Source: the human T2T-CHM13v2.0 reference genome, Homo sapiens. From it: DNA of 64,000 nucleotides. Below are positions 37,901-50,900 of the stretch, piece by piece; the stretch's first letter is position 1; each line of letters opens with the position of its first letter. The stretch is from NCBI RefSeq assembly GCF_009914755.1, contig NC_060936.1; one strand, 5' to 3'. A program made the position numbers and the translations under genes. The notes beneath the pieces were generated by a model, which saw only the letters and a program-made list of their open reading frames with translations, did no database searches and was not told the origin of the DNA.

Positions 37901-40900
37901 GCCTCAAAGAGGTCCAAATATCTGCTTGCAGACTTTACAGACAGAGTGTTTCCAAACTGCTCCATCAAAAGAAAGGTTAAACTCCTTGAGTTGAACACAC
38001 ACATCACAAAGTAGTTTTTGTGAATGATTCTGTCTAGTTTTTATACGAAGATGTTTCCTTTTCTACCTTTGGTCTCAAAGCGATTGAAATCTCCACTTGG
38101 AAACTCCACAAAAAGAGTGTTTCAAATCTGCTCTTTCTGAAGGAAGGTTCAACTCTGTGAGTTGAATACACACACCACAAATAAGTTACTGAGAATTCTT
38201 CTGTGTAACATTATATGAGGAAATCCCGTTTCCAACGAAGGCCTCAAAGAGGTCCAAATATCCACTTGCAGACTTTACAAAGACAGTGTCTCCAAACTCC
38301 TCCATCAAAAGAAAGGTTATACTCTGTGAATTGAACGCACACATCACAAAGTAGTTTCTGAGAATGATTCTGTCTAGTTTTTATACGAAGATATTTCCTT
38401 TTCTACATTTGGCCTAAAAGCGCTTGAAATCTCCACCTGCAAATATCACAAAAAGAGGGTTTCACATCTGCTCTGTCTAAAGGACAGTTCACCTCTGTGA
38501 GTTGAATAGAGGCAACACAAAGAACTTACTCAGTATTCTTCTTTCTAGCGTTCTATGAAGAAATCCCGTTTCCAACGAAGGCCCCAAAGAGGTCCAAATA
38601 TCTGCTTGCACACTTTACAGACAGAGTGTTTCGAAACTACTCTATGAAAAGAAAGCTTAAACTCCTTGAGTTGAACGCACACATCACAAAGAGTTTCTGA
38701 GAATGATTCTGTCTAGTTTTTATACGAAGATGTTTCCTTTTCTACATTTGGTCTCAAAGCGATTGAAATCTCCAACTGGAAACTGCACAAATAGGGTGTT
38801 TCAAATTTGCTCTGTCTAAAGGAAGGTTCAACTCTGTGAGTTGAATACACACACCACAAATAAGTTACTGAGAATTCTTCTCCCGAACATTACTTGAAGA
38901 AATCCCGTTTCCAACGAAGGCCTCAAAGAGGTCCAAATATCCACTTGCAGACATTACAAACAGAGTGTTTCCAAACTGCTCCATCAAAAGAAAGGTTAAA
39001 CTCTGTGAGCTGAACACACACATCAAAAAGAAGTTTCTGTGAATGATTCTGTCTAGATTTTATAAGATGTTTCCTTTTCTACCGTAGGCCTCAAAGCGCT
39101 TGAAATCTCCAGCTGCAAATTCCACAAAAAGGGTGTTTAACATCTGCTCTTCTAAAGGAAAGTTCAACTCTATGCGTTGAATACACACAGCACAAAGAAG
39201 TTACTGAGACTTCTCCTATCAAACATTATATGAAGAAATCCCGTTTCCAACGAAGGCCTCAAAGAGGTCCAAATATCTGCTTGCAGACTTTACAGACAGA
39301 GTGTTTCCAAACTGCTCCATCAAAAGAAAGGTTAAACTCCTTGAGTTGAACACACACATCACAAAGTAGTTTCTGTGAATGATTCTGTCCAGTTTTTATA
39401 CGAAGATGTTTCCTTTTCTACCTTTGGTCTCAAAGCGATTGAAATCTCCACATGGAAACTCCACAAAAAGAGTGTTTCAAATCTGCTCTTTCTGAAGGAA
39501 GGTTCAACTCTGTGAGTTGAATACACACACCACAAATAAGTTACTGAGAATTCTTCTGTGTAACATTATATGAGGAAATCCCGTTTCCAACGAAGGCCTC
39601 AAAGAGGTCCAAATATCGGCTTGCAGACTTTACAAAGACAGTGTCTCCAAACTCCTCCATCAAAAGAAAGGTTATACTCTGTGAATTGAACGCACACATC
39701 ACAAAGTAGTTTCTGAGAATGATTCTGTCTAGTTTTTATACGAAGATATTTCCTTTTCTACATTTGGCCTAAAAGCGCTTGAAATCTGCACGTGCAAATA
39801 TCACAAAAAGAGGGTTTCACATCTGCTCTGTCTAAAGGACAGTTCACCTCTGTGAGTTGAATAGAGGCAACACAAAGAACTTACTCAGTATTCTTCTTTC
39901 TAGCGTTCTATGAAGAAATCCCGTTTCCAACGAAGGCCTCAAAGAGGTCCAAATATCTGCTTGCAGACTTTACAGACAGAGTGTTTCCAAACTACTCTAT
40001 GAAAAGAAAGCTTAAACTCCTTGAGTTGAACGCACACATCACAAAGTAGTTTCTGAGAATGATTCTGTCTAGTTTTTATACGAAGATGTTTCCTTTTCTA
40101 CATTTGGTCTCAAAGCGATTGAAATCTCCAACTGGAAACTGCACAAATAGGGTGTTTCAAATCTGCTCTGTCTAAAGGAAGGTTCAACTCTGTGAGTTGA
40201 ATACACACACCACAAATAAGTTACTGAGAATTCTTCTGTCGAACATTACTTGAAGAAATCCCGTTTCCAAAGAAGGCCTCAAAGAGGTCCAAATATCCAC
40301 TTGCAGACATTACAAACAGAGTGTTTCCAAACTGCTCCATCAAAAGAAAGGTTAAACTCTGTGAGCTGAACACACACATCAAAAAGAAGTTTCTGTGAAT
40401 GATTCTGTCTAGATTTTATAAGAAGATGTTTCCTTTTCTACCGTAGGCCTCAAAGCGCTTGAAATCTCCAGCTGCAAATTCCACAAAAAGGGTGTTTAAC
40501 ATCTGCTCTTCTAAAGGAAAGTTCAGCTCAATGAGTTGAATACACACAGCACAAAGAAGTTACTGAGACTTCTCCTATCAAACATTATATGAAGAAATCC
40601 CGTTTCCAACGAAGGCCCCAAAGAGGTCCAAATATCTGCTTGCAGACTTTACAAAGACAGTGTCTCTAAACTCCTCCATCAAAAGAAAGGTTATACTCTG
40701 TGAATTGAACGCACACATCACAAAGTAGTTTCTGAGAATGATTCTGTCTAGTTTTTATATGAAGATATTTCCTTTTCTACATTTGGCCTAAAAGCGCTTG
40801 AAATCTCCACCTGCAAATATCACAAAAAGAGGGTTTCACATCTGCTCTTTCTAAAGGACAGTTCACCTCTGTGAGTTGAATAGAGGCAACACAAAGAACT

Positions 40901-40954
40901 TACTCAGTATTCTTCTTTCTAGCGTTCTATGAAGAAATCCCGTTTCCAACGAAG

Positions 40955-41972
40955 GCCCCAAAGAGGTCCAAATATCTGCTTGCAGACTTTACAGACAGTG
41001 TTTCCAAACTACTTTATGAAAAGAAAGCTTAAACTCCTTGAGTTGAACGCTCACATCATAAAGTAGTTTCTGAGAATGATTCTGTCTAGTTTTAATACGA
41101 AGATGTTTCCTTTTCTACATTTGGTCTCAAAGCGATTGAAATCTCCAACTGGAAACTGCACAAATAGGGTGTTTCAAATCTGCTCTGTCTAAAGGAAGGT
41201 TCAACTCTGTGAGTTGAATACACACACCACAAATAAGTTACTGAGAATTCTTCTGTCGAACATTACTTGAAGAAATCCCGTTTCCAACGAAGGCCTCAAA
41301 GAGGTCCAAATATCTGTTTGCAGACTTTACAGATAGAGTGTTTCCAAACTGCTCCATGAAAAGAAAGGTTAAACTCCTTGAGTTGATCACACACATCACA
41401 AAGTAGTTTCTGTGAATGATTCTGTCTAGTTTTTATACGAAGATGTTTCCTTTTCTACCTTTGGTCTCAAAGCGATTGAAATCTCCACATGGAAACTCCA
41501 CAAAAAGAGGGTTTCAAATCTGCTCTTTCTGAAGGAAGGTTCACCTCTGTGAGTTGAATAAACACACCACAGATAAGTTACTGAGAATTCTTCTGTGTAA
41601 CATTATATGAGGAAATCCCGTTTCCAACGAAGGCCTCAAAGAGGTCCAAATATCCACTTGCAGACTTTAGAAACACAGTGTCTCCAAACTCCTCCATCAA
41701 AAGAAAGGTTATACTCTGTGAAATGAACGCACACATCAGAAAGTAGTTTCTGAGAATGATTCTGTCTAGTTTTTATACGAAGATATTTCCTTTTCTACAT
41801 TTGGCCTAAAAGCGCTTGAAATCTCCACCTGCAAATATCACAAAAAGAGGGTTTCACATCTGCTCTGTCTAAAGGACAGTTCACCTCTGCGAGTTGAATA
41901 GAGGCAACACAAAGAACTTACTCAGTATTCTTGTTTCTAGCGTTCCATGAAGAAATCCCGTTTCCAACGAAG
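40955..41972 (-). repeat. A-C-D 6-mer HOR variant (B deleted)
   Basis: The A tail (ctgtcgaacattacttg, box 41276) is followed directly by C (box 41616) and D (box 41956). Confidence 0.9.
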
Positions 41973-44900
41973 GCCCCAAAGATGTCCAAATATCTGCTTG
42001 CAGACTTTACAGACAGAGTGTTTCCAAACTACTCTATGAAAAGAAAGCTTAAACTCCTTGAGTTGAACGCACACATCACAAAGTAGTTTCTGAGAATAAT
42101 TCTGTCTAGTTTTTATACGAAGATGTTTCCTTTTCTACATTTGGTCTCAAAGCGATTGAAATCTCCAACTGGAAACTGCACAAATAGGGTGTTTCAAATC
42201 TGCTCTGTCTAAAGGAAGGTTCAACTCTGTGAGTTGAATACACACACCACAAATAAGTTACTGAGAATTCTTCTGTCGAACATTACAGGAAGAAATCCCG
42301 TTTCCAACGAAGGCCTCAAAGAGGTCCAAATATCCACTTGCAGAGATTACAAACAGTGTGTTTCCAAACTGCTCCATCAAAAGAAAGGTTAAACTCTGTG
42401 AGCTGAACACACACATCAAAAAGATGTTTCTGTGAATGATTCTGTCTAGATTTTATAAGAAGATGTTTCCTTTTCTACCGTAGGCCTCAAAGCGCTTGAA
42501 ATCTCCAGCTGCAAATTCCACAAAAAGGGTGTTTAACATCTGCTCTTCTAAAGGAAAGTTCAACTCTATGAGTTGAATACACACAGCACAAAGAAGTTAC
42601 TGAGACTTCTCCTATCAAACATTATATGAAGAAATCCCGTTTCCAACGAAGGCCTCAAAGAGGTCCAAATATCTGCTTGCAGACTTTACAGACAGAGTGT
42701 TTCCAAACTGCTCCATCAAAAGAAAGGTTAAACTCCTTGAGTTGAACACACACATCACAAAGTAGTTTCTGTGAATGATTCTGTCTAGTTTTTATACGAA
42801 GATATTTCCTTTTCTACCTTTGGTCTCAAAGCGATTGAAATCTCCACATGGAAACTCCACAAAAAGAGTGTTTCAAATCTGCTCTTTCTGAAGGAAGGTT
42901 CAACTCTGTGAGTTGAATACACACACCACAAATAAGTTACTGAGAATTCTTCTGTGTAACATTATATGAGGAAATCCCGTTTCCAACGAAGGCCTCAAAG
43001 AGGTCCAAATATCCACTTGCAGACTTTACAAAGACAGTGTCTCGAAACTCCTCCATCAAAAGAAAGGTTATACTCAGTGAACTGAGCGCACACATCAGAA
43101 AGTAGTTTCTGAGAATGACTGTCTAGTTTTTATACAAAGATATTTCCTTTTCTACATTTGGCCTAAAAGCGCTTGAAATCTCCACCTGCAAATATCACAA
43201 AAAGAGGGTTTCACATCTGCTCTGTCTAAAGGACAGTTCACCTCTGTGAGTTGAATAGAGGCAACACAAAGAACTTACTCAGTATTCTTCTTTCTAGCGT
43301 TCTATGAAGAAATCCCGTTTCCAACGAAGGCCCCAAAGAGGTCCAAATATCTGCTTGCACACTTTACAGACAGAGTGTTTCCAAACTACTCTATGAAAAG
43401 AAAGCTTAAACTCCTTGAGTTGAACGCACACATCACAAAGTAGTTTCTGAGAATGATTCTGTCTAGTTTTTATACGAAGATGTTTCCTTTTCTACATTTG
43501 GTCTCAAAGCGATTGAAATCTCCAACTGGAAACTGCACAAATAGGGTGTCTCAAATCTGCTCTGTCTAAAGGAAGGTTCAACTCTGTGAGTTGAATACAC
43601 ACACCACAAATAAGTTACTGAGAATTCTTCTGTCTAACATTACTTGAAGAAATCCCGTTTCCAACGAAGGCCTCAAAGAGGTCCAAATAACCACTTGCAG
43701 ACATTACAAACAGAGTGTTTCCAAACTGCTCCATCAAAAGAAAGGTTAAACTCTGTGAGCTGAACACACACATCAAAAAGAAGTTTCTGTGAATGATTCT
43801 GTCTAGATTTTATAAGAAGATGTTTCCTTTTCTACCGTAGGCCTCAAAGCGCTTGAAATCTCCAGCTGCAAATTCCACAAAAAGGGTGTTTAACATCTGC
43901 TCTTCTAAAGGAAAGTTCAACTCTATGAGTTGAATACACACAGCACAAAGAAGTTACTGAGACTTCTCCTATCAAACATTATATGAAGAAATCCCGTTTC
44001 CAACGAAGGCCTCAAAGAGGTCCAAATATCTGCTTGCAGACTTTAAAGACAGAGTTTTTCCAAACTGCTCCATCAAAAGAAAGGTTAAACTCCTTGAGTT
44101 GAACACACACATCACAAAGTAGTTTCTGTGAATGATTCTGTCTAGTTTTTATACGAAGATGTCTCCTTTTCTACCTTTGGTCTCAAAGCGATTGAAATCT
44201 CCACATGGAAACTCCACAAAAAGAGTGTTTCAAATCTGCTCTTTCTGAAGGAAGGTTCAACTCTGTGAGTTGAATACACACACCACAAATAAGTTACTGA
44301 GAATTCTTCTGTGTAACATTATATGAGGAAATCCCGTTTCCAACGAAGGCCTCAAAGAGGTCCAAATATCCACTTGCAGACTTTACAAAGACAGTGTCTC
44401 CAAACTCCTCCATCAAAACAAAGGTTATACTCTGTGAATTGAACGCACACATCACAAAGTAGTTTCTGAGAATGATTCTGTCTAGTTTTTATACGAAGAT
44501 ATTTCCTTTTCTACATTTGGCCTAAAAGCGCTTGAAATCTCCACGTGCAAATATCACAAAAAGAGGGTTTCACACCTGCTCTGTCTAAAGGACAGTTCAC
44601 CTCTGTGAGTTGAATAGAGGCAACACAAAGAACTTACTCAGTATTCTTCTTTCTTGCGTTCTATGAAGAAATCCCGTTTCCAACGAAGGCCCCAAAGAGG
44701 TCCAAATATCTGCTTGCAGACTTTACAGACAGAGTGTTTCCAAACTACTCTATGAAAAGAAAGCTTAAACTCCTTGAGTTGAACGCACACATCACAAAGT
44801 AGTTTCTGAGAATGATTCTGTCCAGTTTTTATACGAAGATGTTTCCTTTTCTACATTTGGTCTCAAAGCGATTGAAATCTCCAACTGGAAACTGCACAAA

Positions 44901-47900
44901 TACGGTGTTTCAAATCTGCTCTGTCTAAAGGAAGGTTCAACTCTGTGAGTTGAATACACACACCACAAATAAGTTACTGAGAATTCTTCTGTCGAACATT
45001 ACTTGAAGAAATCCCGTTTCCAAAGAAGGCCTCAAAGAGGTCCAAATATTCACTTGCAGATATTACAAACAGAGTGTTTCCAAACTGCTCCATCAAAAGA
45101 AAGGTTAAACTCTGTGAGCTGAACACACACATCAAAAACAAGTTTCTGTGAATGATTCTGTCTAGATTTTATAAGAAGATGTTTCCTTTTCTACCGTAGG
45201 ACTCAAAGCGCTTGAAATCTCCAGCTGCAAATTCCACAAAAAGGGTGTTTAACATCTGCTCTTCTAAAGGAAAGTTCAACTCTATGAGTTGAATACACAC
45301 AGCACAAAGAAGTTACTGAGACTTCTCCTATCAAACATTATATGAAGAAATCCCGTTTCCAACGAAGGCCTCAAAGAGGTCCAAATATCTGCTTGCAGAC
45401 TTTAAAGACAGAGTTTTTCCAAACTGCTCCATCAAAAGAAAGGTTAAACTCCTTGAGTTGAACACACACATCACAAAGTAGTTTCTGTGAATGATTCTGT
45501 CTAGTTTTTATACGAAGATGTTTCCTTTTCTACCTTTGGTCTCAAAGCGATTGAAATCTCCACATGGAAACTCCACAAAAAGAGTGTTTCAAATCTGCTG
45601 TTTCTGAAGGAAGGTTCAACTCTGTGAGTTGAATACACGCACCACAAATAAGTTACTGGGAATTCTTCTGTGTAAAATTATATGAGGAAATCCCGTTTCC
45701 AACGAAGGCCTCAAAGAGGTCCAAATATCCACTTGCAGACTTTACAAAGACAGTGTCTCCAAACTCCTCCATCAAAAGAAAGGTTATACTCTGTGAATTG
45801 AACGCACACATCTCAAAGTAGTTTCTGAGAATGATTCTGTCTAGTTTTTATACGAAGATATTTCCTTTTCTACATTTGGCCTAAAAGCGCTTGAAATCTC
45901 CACCTGCAAATATCACAAAAAGAAGGTTTCACATCTGCTCTGTCTAAAGGACAGTTCACCTCTGTGAGTTGAATAGAGGCAACACAAAGAACTTACTCAG
46001 TATTCTTCTTTCTTGCGTTCTATGAAGAAATCCCGTTTCCAACGAAGGCCCCAAAGAGGTCCAAATATCTGCTTGCACACTTTACAGACAGAGTGTTTCC
46101 AAACTACTCTATGAAAAGAAAGCTTAAACTCCTTGAGTTGAACGCACACATCACAAAGTAGTTTCTGAGAATGATTCTGTCTAGTTTTTATACGAAGATG
46201 TTTCCTTTTCTACATTTGGTCTCAAAGCGATTGAAATCTCCAACTGGAAACTGCACAAATAGGGTGTTTCAAATCTGCTCTGTCTAAAGGAAGGTTCAAC
46301 TCTGTGAGTTGAATACACACACCACAAATAAGTTACTGAGAATTCTTGTGTCGAACATTACTTGAAGAAATCCCGTTTCCAACGAAGGCCTCAAAGAGGT
46401 CCAAATATTCACTTGCAGATATTACAAACAGAGTGTTTCCAAACTGCTCCATCAAAAGAAAGGTTAAACTCTGTGAGCTGAACACACACATCAAAAAGAA
46501 GTTTCTGTGAATGATTCTGTCAAGATTTTATAAGATGTTTCCATTTCTACCGTAGGACTCAAAGCGCTTGAAATCTCCAGCTGCAAATTCCACAAAAAGG
46601 GTGTTTAACATCTGCTCTTCTAAAGGAAAGTTCAACTCTATGAGTTGAATACACACAGCACAAAGAAGTTACTGAGACTTCTCCTATCAAACATTATATG
46701 AAGAAATCCCGTTTCCAACGAAGGCCTCAAAGAGGTCCAAATATCTGCTTGCAGACTTTAAAGACAGAGTTTTTCCAAACTGCTCCATCAAAAGAAAGGT
46801 TAAACTCCTTGAGTTGAAAACACACATCACAAAGTAGTTTCTGTGAATGATTCTGTCTAGTTTCTATACGAAGATGTTTCCTTTTCTACCTTTGGTCTCA
46901 AAGCGATTGAAATCTCCACATGGAAACTCCACAAAAAGAGTGTTTCAAATCTGCTCTTTCTGAAGGAAGGTTCAACTCTGTGAGTTGAATACACACACCA
47001 CAAATAAGTTACTGAGAATTCTTCTGTGTAACATTATATGAGGAAATCCCGTTTCCAACGAAGGCCTCAAAGAGGTCCAAATATCCACTTGCAGACTTTA
47101 CAAAGACAGTGTCTCCAAACTCCTCCATCAAAAGAAAGGTTATACTCTGTGAATTGAACGCACACATCACAAAGTAGTTTCTGAGAATGATTCTGTCTAG
47201 TTTTTATACGAAGATATTTCCTTTTCTACATTTGGCCTAAAAGCGCTTGAAATCTCCACCTGCAAATATCACAAAAAGAGGGTTTCACATCTGCTCTGTC
47301 TAAAGGACAGTTCACCTCTGTGAGTTGAGTAGAAGCAACACAAAGAACTTACTCAGTATTCTTCTTTCTAGCGTTCTATGAAGAAATCACGTTTCCAACG
47401 AAGGCCCCAATGAGGTCCAAATATCTGCTTGCAGACTTTACAGACAGAGTGTTTCCAAACTACTCTATGAAAAGAAAGCTTAAACTCCTTGAGTTGAACG
47501 CACAGATCACAAAGTAGTTTCTGAGAATGATTCTGTCTAGTTTTTATACGAAGATGTCTCCTTTTCTACATTTGGTCTCAAAGCGATTGAAATCTCCAAC
47601 TGGAAACTGCACAAATAGGGTGTTTCAAATCTGCTCTGTCTAAAGGAAGGTTCAACTCTTTGAGTTGAATACACACACCACAAATAAGTTACTGAGAATT
47701 CTTCTGTCGAACATTACTTGAAGAAATCCCGTTTCCAACGAAGGCCTCAAAGAGGTCCAAATATCCACTTGCAGACATTACAAACAGAGTGTTTCCAAAC
47801 TGCTCCATCAAAAGAAAGGTTAAACTCTGTGAGCTGAACACACACATCAAAAAGAAGTTTCTGTGAATGATTCTGTCTAGATTTTATAAGAAGATGTTTC

Positions 47901-50900
47901 CTTTTCTAACGTAGGCCTCAAAGCGCTTGAAATCTCCAGCTGCATATTCCACAAAAAGGGTGTTTAACATCTGCTCTTCTAAAGGAAAGTTCAACTCAAT
48001 GAGTTGAATACACACAGCCCAAAGAAGTTACTGAGACTTCTCCTATCAAACATTATATGAAAAAATCCCGTTTCCAACGAAGGCCTCAAAGAGGTCCAAA
48101 TATCTGCTTGCAGACTTTACAAAGACAGTGTCTCCAAACTCCTCCATCAAAAGAAAGGTTATACTCTGTGAATTGAACGCACACATCACAAAGTAGTTTC
48201 TGAGAATGATTCTGTCTAGTTTTTATACGAAGATATTTCCTTTTCTACATTTGGCCTAAAAGCGCTTGAAATCTCCACCTGCAAATATCACAAAAAGAGT
48301 GTTTCACATCTGCTCTGTCTAAAGGACAGTTCACTTTTGTGAGTTGAATAGAGGCAACACAAAGAACTTACTCAGTATTCTTCTTTCTAGCGTTCTATGA
48401 AGAAATCCCGTTTCCAACGAAGGCCACAAAGAGGTCCAAATATCTGCTTGCAGACTTTACAGACAGAGTGTTTCCAAACTACTCTATGAAAAGAAAGCTT
48501 AAACTCCTTGAGTTGAACGCACACATCACAAAGTAGTTTCTGAGAATGATTCTGTCTAGTTTTTATACGAAGATGTTTCCTTTTCTACATTTGGTCTCAA
48601 AGCGATTGAAATCTCCAACTGGAAACTGCACAAATACGGTGTTTCAAATCTGCACTGTGTAAAGGAAGGTTCAACTCTGTGAGTTGAATACGCACACCAC
48701 AAATAAGTTACTGAGAATTCTTCTGTCGAACATTACTTGAAGAAATCCCGTTTCCAACGAAGGCCTCAAAGAGGTCCAAATATCCACTTGCAGACATTAC
48801 AAACAGAGTGTTTCCAAACTGCTCCATCAAAAGAAAGGTTAAACTCTGTGAGCTGAACACACACATCAAAAAGAAGTTTCTGTGAATGATTCTGTCTAGA
48901 TTTTATAAGAAGATGTTTCCTTTTCTACCGTAGGCCTCAAAGCGCTTGAAATCTCCAGCTGCAAATTCCACAAAAAGGGTGTTTAACATGTGCTCTTCTA
49001 AAGGAAAGTTCAACTCTATGCGTTGAATACACACAGCACAAAGAAGTTACTGAGACTTCTCCTATCAAACATTATATGAAGAAATCCCGTTTCCAACGAA
49101 GGCCTCAAAGAGGTCCAAATATCTGCTTGCAGACTTTACAGACAGAGTGTTTCCAAACTGCTCCATCAAAAGAAAGGTTAAACTCCTTGAGTTGAACACA
49201 CACATCACAAAGTAGTTTCTGTGAATGATTCTGTCTAGTTTTTATACGAAGATGTTTCCTTTTCTACCTTTGGTCTCAATGCGATTGAAATCTCCACATG
49301 GAAACTCCACAAAAAGAGTGTTTCAAATCTGCTCTTTCTGAAGGAAGGTTCAACTCTGTGAGTTGAATACACACACCACAAATAAGTTACTGAGAATTCT
49401 TCTGTGTAACATTATATGAGGAAATCCCGTTTCCAACGAAGGCCTCAAAGAGGTCCAAATATCCACTTGCAGACTTTACAAAGACAGTGTCTCCAAACTC
49501 CTCCATCAAAAGAAAGGTTATACTCTGTGAATTGAACGCACACATCTCAAAGTAGTTTCTGAGAATGATTCTGTCTAGTTTTTATACGAAGATATTTCCT
49601 TTTCTACATTTGGCCTCAAAGCGCTTGAAATCTCCACCTGCAAATATCACAAAAAGAGGGTTTCACATCTGCTCTGTCTAAAGGACAGTTCACCTCTGTG
49701 AGTTGAATAGAGGCAACACAAAGAACTTACTCAGTATTCTTCTTTCTTGCGTTCTATGAAGAAATCCCGTTTCCAACGAAGGCCCCAAAGAGGTCCAAAT
49801 ATCTGCTTGCACACTTTACAGACAGAGTGTTTCCAAACTACTCTATGAAAAGAAAGCTTAAACTCCTTGAGTTGAACGCACACATCACAAAGTAGTTTCT
49901 GAGAATGATTCTGTCCAGTTTTTATACGAAGATGTTTCCTTTTCTACATTTGGTCTCAAAGCGATTGAAATCTCCAACTGGAAACTGCACAAATAGGGTG
50001 TTTCAAATCTGCTCTGTCTAAAGGAAGGTTCAACTCTGTGAGTTGAATACACACACCACAAATAAGTTACTGTGAATTCTTGTGTCGAACATTACTTGAA
50101 GAAATCCCGTTTCCAACGAAGGCCTCAAAGAGGTCCAAATATTCACTTGCAGATATTACAAACAGAGTGTTTCCAAACTGCTCCATCAAAAGAAAGGTTA
50201 AACTCTGTGAGCTGAACACACACATCAAAAAGAAGTTTCTGTGAATGATTCTGTCAAGATTTTATAAGATGTTTCCATTTCTACCGTAGGACTCAAAGCG
50301 CTTGAAATCTCCAGCTGCAAATTCCACAAAAAGGGTGTTTAACATCTGCTCTTCTAAAGGAAAGTTCAACTCTATGAGTTGAATACACACAGCACAAAGA
50401 AGTTACTGAGACTTCTCCTATCAAACATTATATGAAGAAATCCCGTTTCCAACGAAGGCCTCAAAGAGGTCCAAATATCTGCTTGCAGACTTTAAAGACA
50501 GAGTTTTTCCAAACTGCTCCATCAAAAGAAAGGTTAAACTCCTTGAGTTGAAAACACACATCACAAAGTAGTTTCTGTGAATGATTCTGTCTAGTTTCTA
50601 TACGAAAATGTTTCCTTTTCTACCTTTGGTCTCAAAGCGATTGAAATCTCCACATGGAAACTCCACAAAAAGAGTGTTTCAAATCTGCTCTTTCTGAAGG
50701 AAGGTTCAACTCTGTGAGTTGAATACACACACCACAAATAAGTTCCTGAGAATTCTTCTGTGTAACATTATATGAGGAAATCCCGTTTCCAACGAAGGCC
50801 TCAAAGAGGTCCAAATATCCACTTGCAGACTTTACAAAGACAGTGTCTCCAAACTCCTCCATCAAAAGAAAGGTTATACTCTGTGAATTGAACGCACACA

